DNA of 64,000 nucleotides from Pocillopora damicornis (Eukaryota): NCBI RefSeq assembly GCF_003704095.1, contig NW_020847248.1, positions 1,302,001 to 1,366,000 of the forward strand, read 5' to 3'. Shown piece by piece: positions 24,950 to 37,000 of this stretch (position 1 is its first letter; each line of letters starts with the position of its first letter). The notes under the pieces were generated by a model. It saw only the letters and a program-made list of their open reading frames with translations, ran no database searches and was not told where the DNA came from. The position numbers and the translations under genes were made by a program.

Positions 24950-26159
24950 ATGTATTTCAGCACTGAACTTCGTCAAATATTCATACTTTTTCAACAGTGG
25001 AGAGTTACTACAATAAAAGGTTAGTGAACTCATTTATACTTCAGTCTGAGAACAGAACAGATATTGGTAGGTTTAGAAATAAACCTTACGGAATTCCTTT
25101 CGTTTTAGTGTATTTAAGAATCGCTCCCAAAAAGTTCGCATACAAAGGTTAGTGACAATAAGGTTGTCATCCAATAAACACATTATCCAATGTCGTTATG
25201 TTTGTCACAGCAAAAGAAATAACCTCGCAGCAAAGGAAAAAGACTCACAGTTGTGGGCTACCGTACCTATGCATGTATGCTAACCACTATCAGTCAAGTG
25301 TACGTGGTATGCAATGACTAATGGAAGCTTTCCAAGCTCTTTTAGGCCAGAGAGAAAATAATTGCTACAACGAATGAGGATAGAGCAAATTTTGTTGTTA
25401 ACACAAGAAAGTAGTTGTGTTCATAAAAGAGGGCATACCGAGGAAAAACTTTTCATGTTTTGCTTTGTACGTTTGCCAAGGGTAAACCTCCAAGAATAAA
25501 TCTGGTTTAAGATCGAAAGTTTATGGGGAGGAACACGCAATTCTATAGGTAAGCGTGACTGGAAGACACGTGCTTCCAATTGGATTGAAGCAAGACGGAT
25601 ACCTCAAATTGGTCAGGACCATACATGTGTCCTTTAGTTTAGCCGGAACAGATACATTTTAGGTCGAACATATTGATTCGATTTCTAAAGCGATTTCTTC
25701 TCTATCTCAACTTTTCCTTTGTATCTCACCACATAACGTTGGACCATATCGGATAAATAATTTATATGTATAAATATAAAAACAAAAAACAAAAATTCCT
25801 GCAAAATTAAGTTTGTTAGACAAGATCATGAAAGCCTCTTCCCCCCCTTCTCTCTCCTTTCAAACTTTCTGCGGATTATTTTCTTGATTTATCATTGTTA
25901 ATGCTTTAATTTCGATCAGTTTTGGTGAATTAACTCCGAAAAACACGCACAACTTGACTACAACTGTATCAAGACATTTACCTCAAAGTATTTAGCCTAA
26001 CTGGCTTCAAGTTTGAGCCGGAGATGAACACTGATAACCTTAGTGAAATCGCGAGAAGGACTGAAACAGAATAAAATATCAACCTATCATATTTTATCCT
26101 GGATATTTAAGTTGGCACAACAGTAGTATGTAGATATATATAGATAAATGAATAAATAA

Positions 26160-26211
<52 letters not shown>

Positions 26212-27265
26212 GTAATACGGTGATGAGGCCCAGAAGGCCGAAACAGTACTGTCTGCAGTTAGATATAGCTCTTTGGTATTACAAAGCTTTGGTTTCATGT
26301 TCAAATTAAGTACTCTATCTAGGAAGAGTCATGTCTCACTATTATGCATCCTCAATAGTTTATCTAGTCTGAGTCCTTTAGCATGGCTCGAATGATACCA
26401 CAATTATGATATCATATTGTATGTATTGATCATATTGTATATATTGATCATATTGTATATATTGAATATACAATATTGATCATATTGTATATATCAGTTT
26501 TCAAAATGTATATATTTATTTATTTATAGGCGTTAGCGGCTCCATAGTAGCAGTTCTAGCGCTGGCTGTGCTGTACGAATGTGTCAAAGGATTAAACGTG
26601 TATCTACGATCACGCATTAAAAACCAGAGTGGAAGAGCGACTGTGATGAAAAATAGGATTTATTCTGAGGATATCAGGTGAGATTTTCTTTATTTCAATC
26701 TTCAAGGCGCTTTTTCAGTCATGCGATCACTCAGTGCCCTATGACAAGAATCAGAGGTCATTTGTAAAAGATATGAAGTGTTTTTGCGATGTTAATAAAA
26801 CACCACAAATATTATTGAACATCCACAGAACAGACAAAATTAAAAAAGGGCCAAGATTGACGGAAAGTAAACTTTATCGAATTTTGATGTGCAAAAATCT
26901 TTTCATGATCCTTATATGATACCAAAGCTTAGCTTTTTCGAACATGTCCTTTGCCAGCCAATTTTTGAGTAAATACGTTTCTTTTTTTCCTTCTCATGAA
27001 CCAAAAACATATAACTTTCAGGTCAGAAGCCTTCACTCGTATTTTAAAGACGTGTCTTTTTATGGCAGAGCTATCTTTCGCTTATTTCCTGATGTTGATC
27101 ACTATGACATGCAACATATGGCTGTTCATCGCAGTTGTGATTGGTCGAGGGTCGGGTTTTTATCTTGTTTCACCGCTGATCAGCTCATACGTTGGCAGCG
27201 AGGAGACTGATGACTGCATTGGCATATCGATTAATTTACTGTCCACAAGACATCAGCAATTGTAA
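24950..27265 (+). CDS. Ctr-family (SLC31) copper transporter, about 153 aa from 3 visible exons
   Basis: Exon 24950-25019 (MYFSTELRQIFILFQQWRVTTIK). Exon 26530-26677 (GVSGSIVAVLALAVLYECVK, TM1). Exon 27022-27265 (YFLMLITMTCN, MxxxM; VIGRGSG, GxxxG). Phases are compatible. An additional 5' exon is possible because the ATG follows a cag acceptor. Confidence 0.85.
26131..26210. repeat. (TA)n microsatellite; also a tattgatcatattgtata minisatellite at about 26412-26493
   Basis: Directly visible in the sequence. Confidence 0.95.
26220..26253 (+). ncRNA. Minimal hammerhead-ribozyme-like motif (variant at C3)
   Basis: gTGATGA-GGCC-cagaa-GGCC-GAAA-CAGTACTG-TC: core, 4-bp stem II, palindromic stem III (ACAGTACTGT) and GUC triplet. 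G replaces the conserved C3 and stem I is weak. Confidence 0.5.
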
Positions 27266-28677
27266 CACTTGCTCAAATATAATAAACTGCAAAGAAGGAA
27301 CCAAGTAGTCTACTCGTGCAATTGAATGGTGATGTATGACTTAAAATTAGGCCGAAACCCCTTTATCTGCCGCTTTTATCAAAGTTTTCAATATTTCTTC
27401 AGACATAATAAAACCTGTATCCTATCATTGCAGGCCGTCGTACCTGTGTGGGACGCTTTTGATAAAGTAAGACCCATAACGAAAAAAAATAGGCATCTTT
27501 TACGGCGTCTCCTACCTCAAATCATTCCGTAGTATCACATCATGAGTTTAGTTAATTGTCACTTTGTTTCAACCCAAAGTGTTTGATGACCTTGCCATTT
27601 TAAATGTCACCATGGCAACAGCAAACGTCCAAACTCTATAAGCTCGGTTTTCACCAACAACGAACTATTTCTTTGAGCTTTATCATGGGGTCATAACAGC
27701 ACGGAAAAGTGCTAGATTTTCCGGTAAATTTATTATACATTAAAAATTGTAGCATTGTATTATACCTTGTCTTGTATTTGTAGGCTTTCAATTTCTTTGG
27801 GGTTCGTTAATGGGAGAATGCTTTGCATCTTGTGGGGGTGAAGTGCTCCTTTCGTCACACTTCTGCCCTCATGGGCCCATTTCCATCCAATCTCTACCCG
27901 CGAAAGTTTTTATTTTAGTGGATGCCTACTCCCCCCAGCCAGTGAGGAGGCCCAACTCCCTCTTCTCAACCAAGGAATGCTAACGGTGACCCTGCAAGAA
28001 GGCCAAGTCCTTTCTCGTCATCCATCGTGTGCATCCCCATAGGTTTTAAGGTACTCTAGGGGTCCATGAGTCTAAAATTTTTAACTGAACACTTTGTCAC
28101 CCACTTCCCCATTTTCAGCCACATAAAGTTGTTGCTGTCTTTATTTTAAGCAAACTTGGTTAATTATCTTATAACCCTCCCATTAATTTTCGTATCGCAC
28201 GTTGATACTTCTATCTAAGCTACTTCATAGGCCAAACGTGCGCATGCACACGCAGGTCTTTTAGTTCCCAGACCGTTCAGTTTTAAAAACAATGCGTGTA
28301 ACAAAAAACAAAATTACTATCCGTGATAAGTGATTACAGGTTTTGTGGGTCAAGGACGGTTTCATTCCATTGATAAGTGAGGATTCATTCTTTTTTCGAA
28401 AAATTTAACCGATGATTTAAAATTTTTTGTGGGAAGGAAAAGATACGAAAAACATTTACCCCCCNNNNNNNNNNNNNNNNNNNNNNNNNNNNNNNNNNNN
28501 NNNNNNNNNNNNNNNNNNNNNNNNNNNNNNNNNNNNNNNNNNNNNNNNNNNNNNNNNNNNNNNNNNNNNNNNNNNNNNNNNNNNNNNNNNNNNNGTTGAT
28601 AATGTACATTGGCCTTTATTAAGACTTTTTAACTCATTAGGGTGGCAAATTTACAGTATCGACTCAGTTAATAAAAT

Positions 28678-28908
28678 CTTAAACTAAGTATGCTGCTCAT
28701 GCTTGCTTCAGCAGGCAGATCCTCAGACCTTGGTACTCTTGATCTGAAAACCATGACAGCTTAAGAGAACTCTATCATCTTTAAACTTAATCCGTTGAAA
28801 AAATCAAGGAGAAATGGGCAGTGTCCTATTAAGTTGACAATCACAACCTTGGAAACTAACCCTTTGTTATGTGCAATCTCAACCACAACTTGTTATTTGA
28901 TGAAATAA
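28678..28908 (+). mobile_element. Degenerate DIRS-type tyrosine recombinase fragment
   Basis: LKLSMLLMLASAGRSSDLGTLDLKTMTA*ENSIIFKLNPLKKSRRNGQCPIKLTITTLETNPLLCAISTTTCYL matches the YR box I (LxLxSAxRxSE/D) and LCPV regions. Contains an internal stop. Confidence 0.75.
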
Positions 28909-29764
28909 GGGCCGGGTTGGATCTCTTAGTTTCGGGCTCAATCATTAAGAAGTGTTTTACTTCCAAAACCAAAGCTAAAAGGCTTTCATGTCAGTTGATT
29001 ATGGACATGTGAAAGTGGAAGAAGAGTCCACTTTCAGGAGAGGGACGGATGCCTTCCAAACCAATGTGCTTTGGGTAGTTTGGTTTGCTTTATTGATCAA
29101 ACATACACCATGATATCTTATAGATGTCTGTCCAGTGAAATTGAAATTTTCGTAAGTGCGCAAGGCGAGCAAACCGAAAATAATCAGGTGTAATAGCGTT
29201 ACACCGAAAGAGGCTCCCTTGCGTCGCACCCTCATCCAGCACTTACTTCTCTGTTCTTTTAGAGAGATTCGAGGAAAAGACAAGTCTATTTAGGCTATTT
29301 TTTTTTTTAATATGAGTCGGTCTCGGCTGACTACGTTCTGCTTAGCAATTCTTTTAGGTCCCCTCCATATTGCGTAACTTTTGGCAAACGTTTTAATTTT
29401 ACCATGTTTTGAAGATAACCAACACGATGAAAGCCATGACATTTTATGAGAGTTATTTGGCGGTTTAAATGGTGCAATCTTTTGACCACAAAGACAAATT
29501 GAACAGGCCTGTTCAGTCAATATGAACAGATATTGGATGCTTTTTTTGCTGAACTTGTGTGTTTATAGACCTCGACCTTGTTTCAGTCCAATTTATATCC
29601 GTCCAACTTGATGCTTGATCAGTATAAACACACGTATTGCATTATTCGTATTCTCGGCCGTGCTTGCAGCTATAAATGACCACGATTAATGCTCGTTTTA
29701 GCAATCAGCTTGTTCCAAGGCGTAGCGAGTAATCTAAACCAGAGTACCTCAGACCTGACTGGAA

Positions 29765-30992
29765 ATGAAGTTAATTTGTGAGCTAATAATTTTTGTCCTT
29801 GTAAGTTTGGTTTCCACTCACCCTGCAGTTGGTAAGTTATCTAAACTTTTGTCCGTGTGTATCTGGCTTTTAACGGTAACAGTTGGGCAATAGATGTAAA
29901 TCATCGGTTCCTTGTGAATCAACCTTAAGAGTCAATTTTTACCGTCAAACGCTTTTCCGAAATTCATCTGGAACCAAAAGGGACAGAGAAAGAATGGGGA
30001 AAGAAGCCCAGAAGCCCAGTATGTCAATTCTAAGATTCAGCAGATTTAACTTTCTAAAATTTCAATGTTGCAGACCAGAGGTATAACGAAACTATTACCT
30101 TGAGAATCCTAAATCCTACATACTCAACAAACGAGATTGATCTGATGAAGATGCTGAAGAGCGTAGATCTGGAAGGCCGTGGTTTCCAAAAAGAAGAATT
30201 TCGCAAAATGCTTTCCACTGGAAACACAAACTCCTCAGCCTACACGACCACACTCTACTATTTCAAGATGGTGAAGTGTTCAGGAGTGATGCAAATCGTC
30301 ACGAAATTGGACAAGCTGTTTCCAGGTTGGTCGGTTAGGGCACTATTCTCGGCATATGATTTGTTTGATTTGAAATTTATCATCCAATTAAGAAGCATAG
30401 ATAAACAGAAAAAAATACTCTTGAGAGTACATTTAAATTGTTTTCAATAAAATTTTGGATAGAGTCTTTTCAAAGAAATTCCACTTTGCTCTTTTCTTGC
30501 TTTCTTGTCCTTTTCTTCTTTTTGGTTTTCGTCTCGTTTAACTTCCCTTGATTTATTTTTGCTGCCGTAATTTTGTCATTATTCAGTACGTCAGAATTCA
30601 ACAATTACGATTGTTGGTCGACTAAAAGACGGCAGAATTTAAGAGAAATTTTTTATCAAACTACTCAGTGTAGTCATGGCTACACTGAGTAGTTTTGGCT
30701 TCGAACTTTGCTAAATTTCTCTTATTTTTTATCTCCCACAGGAGCCTTTGGAGCTTCATTGAGAAGCAGCGTGGCTAGTGAGATTAAGAACAAAAAACTT
30801 GACACCATCAAAGATTGTAAAGCTGGTATTGAGTTTCACATAATGCCAGCCGAAAGCCACACTCCAAACAACAGTACTCGTCGCACTAAGCGAAGCTTAG
30901 GCTTTGCACGTTGTTGCTGCTGCGTTTGTGGGTTGGTGACACAGCCATTGGCGAAAGCACTTTCACGGAGGGCAATTACTGGATTTGATTAA
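29765..30992 (+). CDS. Secreted prepropeptide family copy F (3 exons, 189 aa)
   Basis: Exons 29765-29831, 30074-30325, 30742-30992 give MKLICELIIFVLVSLVSTHPAVDQRYNETITLRILNPTYSTNEIDLMKMLKSVDLEGRGFQKEEFRKMLSTGNTNSSAYTTTLYYFKMVKCSGVMQIVTKLDKLFPGAFGASLRSSVASEIKNKKLDTIKDCKAGIEFHIMPAESHTPNNSTRRTKR/SLGFARCCCCVCGLVTQPLAKALSRRAITGFD. Confidence 0.88.
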
Positions 30993-31324
30993 AATAAGTA
31001 ATAGAAATCCAATCTTTATGGCCTTATTCTCCTTGCTCTTCGTGTTTTTTTCTAGTTTAGTTACGCAATTACCTGGAGAGTTATTCCGTTCCTGGTTCAG
31101 TTGCGTGTATGTCATTAATCAGAATTTTAACGCTCGGTTAAATCTAAATAATTGCATGGACACAGATTGAATTTTCGGCACCAATTTGGCGATCATTCTC
31201 CCATATGTTTTACTGTTTAGCCGTTAATTTATCTGACTTTAAAATAAACGCTCTCTTGAAAGCTCATTTTGAGTCTGTTGTTATTACGCATACGGCTTGC
31301 CTTAAGTGCTCCGGCTTTTACAAA

Positions 31325-32300
31325 ATGGTAATTAAACTGAGTGGAGCGCAGTTTGTATAGGTAATCACATGATTTCGAGTGTAATTTGGGATAAATCGGC
31401 ACCAGTAAATTTTAACAAGGCTGACCAAATTGCCCAAGAGAATGCAATTTGTAGTCTTCAATTTATAAGTGCATATTTATCCTAAATTTCACGGGAAAAT
31501 TATGTGATTACTACTTAATAATGCATAAGCAAAAATCTGTCTCTGTTTTCCCCTTTAGTTGTTTTTATTCCTTGCCTTGACTCACTGGCTCGGCCGCCTG
31601 CCTTTGCTTTGTTGCTGGAATAGGCAGGCTTTTCCCTCAAGAACTTGCTTCAAGCTTTCTAACTCTCTATCACGAATAATGGGGCGTTTGTACTCTTTCT
31701 CTGTTAGGTATCGGTCGACAGCAGTAACCATAACACGAAAGCCATCGCGCTCGTATAAATCTTCTCCGTCTTTAGAACGAACTGTTTCGCAGCACTCCCC
31801 AATAACTTTTTTGGGGCCTCTGGTTCATACTTTCATGGCTGTTTTTTGATGCCAAAGACCTCCAGAATTTTAGCCAGTTGTTTCCGCCGGGTTGTGTCTT
31901 TTAGCTTTTACTTCCCTTTTCCGCCATTTTGTTTTGTTGTGCTTTCACGCCGTACCTATCAATCAATTTAATTTCAACTTTCTGCGCTCAATTCAACTTT
32001 TGCACTCAATAGCAACTTTGTGCACTGATTGGGATTAATCGACTTGTTCTTGGCTAATGAGCGTTCTGAAATCTTTGGAAGTATATTATTAGGTCTGACG
32101 AAATCATACGTGTGATTTCAAAATCGCACGAGCGCGCTGCGCAAGTTTGATTCGAATCTCAAGTATGATTTCGGACCAAAATTGCATGACACAAAGTTCA
32201 ATCTCCATTTAATGAAATCTACTTTGAAACCGTGAAATGTACTCGCTCAAATACAGGTTATTTCCTTCGTACAAATATTTTATTGTTTTGGTATTGAGCT
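31325..32300 (-). mobile_element. Crypton-like element relic with DUF3504-type coding fragment
   Basis: Minus strand about 31575-31800 reads TVRSKDGEDLYERDGFRVMVTAVDRYLTEKEYKRPIIRDRELESLKQVLEGKACLFQQQSKGRRP, typical of the Crypton/ZMYM/KCTD1 DUF3504 region. A shorter remnant lies at about 23165-23340. Boundaries approximate. Confidence 0.7.
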
Positions 32301-34002
32301 GGTTTGAAGAAAGGCAATTTGACTGGTTACTTTAAGCAGATTGGAAGGATCACTGGTCGTTTGGTTTAAGATCTCACATCTTAATTGAATAATTAATACA
32401 TACAGTAAGGTAGCTACAAAAGGCCTTTAACAGTACTACAGTTTCATGACATCCAGATTGAAGCGATTTCTACTGCGTAGTTTATGTCTGTTCCTATAAG
32501 CCTATTAAAATACTAGAGAATCTTGTGTCGTACTCCTTTTGAATATGCGAGGTAACGATGCGTATTATTTGTTAGGAATTGTGACAATATAAAACTAGGA
32601 AGTTTCTTAGGCTGTGTATTGCACCGGATCATTACGTTTACTTTTTATAGTACGTACTGCATGCATTATATAGTTATATCAATCCTGCTGATAAACAAAC
32701 GTCTGAAAAGCATTTATATATTGATAAGAAATTTGACCGAAAATGTCAGTTCCCCCTCCGGAATAAGTTTAACTCTTAAAGGCAGAAATAGAAAAAAAGT
32801 GAAAATATACGAAAGAAACTAAACTAGTGCCAGAGACAAGAAAAGCGAATTGGTCAAATCAAGTTCAGCAAGGTAAATAATGTCTTTTTCAATCACCAAA
32901 TGAATGTAGACAACTGAAAGGTTCAAATGTGAGAAGGTATATTATAATATCATCTTCATTTCACTGCAGTCATGTTTTCCATAACAACTTTGAATTTCAG
33001 TTTTATCTAGAAGAAGCAGAACGAAGAAGTGTGCATAATCACATCCAACTCCTTTCTAATGTATTTGAGGTTTATGAAATAACGCTGAGAACTGATGATG
33101 ACAATTTTAACTTCAACTAACCTGCTAAGAAACGCTGAAAAGGAACGGATTCGAAAGTGCGTCGTTATAGCACGCAACAATTTTACATCTAGAGAAGGGA
33201 GTCACTAAATTAAGTCTATCGATCGGGAAATTGATGAAAGAATTGCGTTGATATTTTCCATCTTGGGTTTATTTTCAGGTCAATTTGAAGGAATGACTGT
33301 CATTTATAAGACAGCTAAACGCAAATTGATTAAAATCTTACGATCCATCACTTTAACTTAAAACTGTCGACAAAGCCAACGCTAAAAGTTTCACAGATGA
33401 ACGACGTTTCCAAAAATGATGCCATGTATCACTGTACCTCTCTTGGTTACGTTACTGACTGTAGATAAAGAGAAAAGAAAAAGAGTAAGAAGTATAACAT
33501 TGTTTGGTTGTATGTAAAATGAAATAGGAGCCTTTCTTGTTGCAACAGAATGTCTTGAACGACTGGTAGATTTACATTAAAATAATAAGATTATTCACTC
33601 TCGATCTGTATTCATAATAGCTAAGAGAATACATCTTGTGTTAGCTGATTCAGGTTTCGTTCTCGACATCTATCACGCGATAGAAATCTTAGGCTCATAA
33701 TGTAATAGTTAAATCTAATCCGAGGTCGAGTATTGTGTAAGATATGGCTGGCAATTAATAAACTTGTAACCGATACATCTCGTGGAACAACAAAAAAGAA
33801 ATCTGAAATGGTCGAAGATAGAAGTAACACAGATTGAAAATAATGATTTTTAAAACTTGAGGATCATTAGTAAACCGTAATACAGCATATTTATGCGTTT
33901 ACATCAGAAAAGCACAGATTAATTCTTCAATACGCGCGTGGTATTAAGTTTTGATTTTATACTTAAGCTATATCTGTCCCCTATCTGCTTCTGACTTTTC
34001 AG

Positions 34003-34070
34003 ATGTACTTTGATACCGAACTTCGTCAAATATCTATACTTTTTCAACAATGGAGTTACTACAATGAAAG
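34003..34070 (+). pseudogene. Duplicate of the Ctr first exon with a 2-nt deletion
   Basis: MYFDTELRQISILFQQW then frameshift (tggagttact versus tggagagttact); 68 nt versus 70 nt. Downstream exons would fall in the gap 34147-34246. Confidence 0.75.
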
Positions 34071-37000
34071 GTTAGTAAACTCATTTATACTTCATGATCA
34101 GTCTGAGAACAGAACGGATATTGGTAGGTTTAGAAATAAACCTTACNNNNNNNNNNNNNNNNNNNNNNNNNNNNNNNNNNNNNNNNNNNNNNNNNNNNNN
34201 NNNNNNNNNNNNNNNNNNNNNNNNNNNNNNNNNNNNNNNNNNNNNNCATGAGGCTAAAAACTTTTAACTGAACACCTTGTCACCCACTTCCCCATTTTCA
34301 GCCACACAAAGTTGTTGTTGTCTTTATTTTAAGAGAAATATGGGGAAGTTGATTAATTATCTTATAACCCTCCCGGGCCCATGAATTTTCGTATCGCGCG
34401 TTAACAACAAATTGCTTCACATTTTTGTTCTTTCCAGAACCAATCGAGACCGCACTGTACTAAGCAGTCATCCCTTATTGAGCGGTCGCTTGTCTAAATC
34501 CCGGATTTGTTTCCGCTTCATAATCGTATTTTCACCTCTATTAAGCGGTCGTCTCTATAGAGCGGACGTCATCACCTTTGAGTGAGTCCCAACGGCATGT
34601 TTTTATTGTCCTTCACCTGTATTGAACGGCCACTTCAAAGTGAGTATAATTTTTCAAATAATTTTGATCCATGTTTTTCTCCCAAAATTAAAGTAAGTAG
34701 TGTACTCAAGCGAGATTCTGTGATCAATTATGTGGTCAATTATGGCATAAAGTTGCGTTGTTTATCGTTTTTTATAATACCCTTAATCGAACATGTATTA
34801 AGCGGTCAACCTGTATCAATACCCCAGGTTCGATTGGGGTCTACAAAACGCGTTTGTTTTTCTTCCATGTAAAGCAATAAAGATGAAACTCTTGAGCTGA
34901 CACATTCTGCTGGCTTTGCTCCTTTTATACAGAAATAATAGAAGGGCAAATATCGACGTAGGCAAGGGTTATCACGTGATAACTCTCCGGTGAATTTTTA
35001 CCACGTGACGTAAAATAGCCTTAGATGGATTATAATAGGGTGGATTATAATAAGTGATGCCTAACTGGGAAAGAGGGAAGATGTTCGATTATTCGTGACA
35101 GAAAGTTTACAAGCTCCTAGCAAGTTCATGCGGGAAAACCCCGATTACTCCGGCAACAACTCAAAGGTAAGCGGCCAAACAAGTGAGCCATGACATAAAA
35201 TACAACACTACAAAGAGGAAAACAGACACGCTACGAACGCTTAGTATTTTTTTCATGGTAACTTGAAATAAAAATACTCGTAGCTGTGATTAGAAGTATG
35301 GTCTTGAAAAGGAGGCTACCTTATGGGCCAAACGTGCGCATGCACACGCAGGTCAATCAGTTCCCAGGCCGTTCAGTTTTAAAAACGATGCGTGTAACAT
35401 GAAACAAAATTTTTCCTTTTTTCATCACAATTATTCGTTATTCTTGTCGCTTTAGGCCTGTTTACGTACTGGTACACGAAATAAACAATGTTCCCGTATG
35501 ACTAATTCAAGTAAGGCCATCGATCACAAAAAAAAAGGTTTGTATTGCAAAATAGACGGCTTTAATAGAAAGAACATGATGGAGTTTATTGGATCCCAAA
35601 TCTTACCACGCTACCATTGAAATTTGCCTGGAAAAATTCTTTCCCAAATCTTCAATATCAATAAGCGAAATATAATTCCTACAACATTTCCTCGTACAAG
35701 AGTAAACCTGCACTCAAAAATCACCAAAAGGGCTTCCACTCCATTTTTGCTTCAATTGCTGTAAGACTGTTATCCGTGATAAATGATTACAGATTTTGTA
35801 GGTCAAGGAAGGTTTCATCCCATTGGTAATCATTCTTTTTTTCGAAAAATTAACCGATGATTTAAAAGTTTTGTGGGAAGGAAAAGAAACGAAAAACATT
35901 TACGACGAGAACAGCTGCGTTCAAATTACTTGACAGCTCTCAACATTAAAATGAACTGAAGAGTAAGGACATATAGACTGAAGTAGTTCTTGCAAGTTGA
36001 ATTCGTTTTTAATCACATCAACATCTATCATTTCTTAGCGCTATGTTATTCTAGAAATTTAATGCTGCAAATGCAAGATAAGCTAATGACAGTAAGAGCG
36101 TGAACTCGCTTACGTCACGATTCGTGCGTCTTAAGCCAGATTTGTCTTTTTTTTTAAAAGAACAAACACCCTTAAGGCTCACGTCGAACTAAATTTGTGG
36201 CTGAACAACCCAAAAACGTGAATTTAAGCGTCACGAGGACTATTTCCGACTTAAAACGTACTTTTCGCTATCTGAGACGTCAGATATCAATTAAAGTTTG
36301 ACGGAAATTTTCGTCAGTCGGAAACGTCTTTTCTTAAACTACAAATACTCACCAGGTATTCGAGTTCGAAAAGCAAATTTCCAGAGTACTCGCGGACAGA
36401 AAACGTTTGTTAATTAAGGGAAGGATATTTAAAATTTTAGTTTGATTTCATCTTAAAAGTTTCTAATTGGCGCAAGGAAGGTTGAGGAGCTAGCATCACG
36501 TTCGCGAATAATTAATTTTTTAGTTCAATTTGTCGAAGCTGACGAAATCCAATAGCTGTGAAGTTCTCCTATTCACCAAGTCACCCTCCTCTAGACGACA
36601 TTGAATGAACAAGTTTTGCTGCACGTTTTCGAACAAAGATAGATTTATATCAAGATACCCTTTTGAATGTTCTAGCGGTGAAAGTTACCAGAATGCATTC
36701 ATATTAATTACCATTATCAACATCGTAAAGGAATAGTTAATCTGAAATTTCTTTCAAGCGCCAAAGTGTCAATTTCAACATAAGTGACTGCCTTTGAAGT
36801 TTTAGATGTTTATGAAAGCGTCTTTTAAGAGACGTGAAATTTAGGATCACAATTCTTAGACAAATCATCCCTTAGAAATGCGTTCTTTCTGTTTTAAGCT
36901 CACGAGATAGGGTACCTCCGGGGCAGAAATCCCGCTTTTATTAATTGAGATATCAGGATATGGATCTGATTCTGCATTGGCGGCTAAAAAAAAAAAGCCT

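Larger units (their letters stand above)
22500..35900 (+). repeat. Direct segmental duplication, about 22500-28460 versus 30214-35900
   Basis: Colinear blocks (approximate): 22500-22672/30214-30387; 22676-23330/30872-31490; 23375-24230/32336-33192; 24851-25089/33904-34146; 28066-28200/34247-34402; 28226-28315/35324-35412; 28316-28460/35770-35903. Confidence 0.85.

Noticed and set aside
26412-26493. Spaced repeats resembling a CRISPR array
   Set aside because: Eukaryotic minisatellite without unique spacers; no cas genes.
2529-30992. Calling the family cathelicidin, BRICHOS or hepcidin homologues
   Set aside because: Only the architecture is analogous; I see no cathelin or BRICHOS sequence motifs and no 8-Cys hepcidin pattern.
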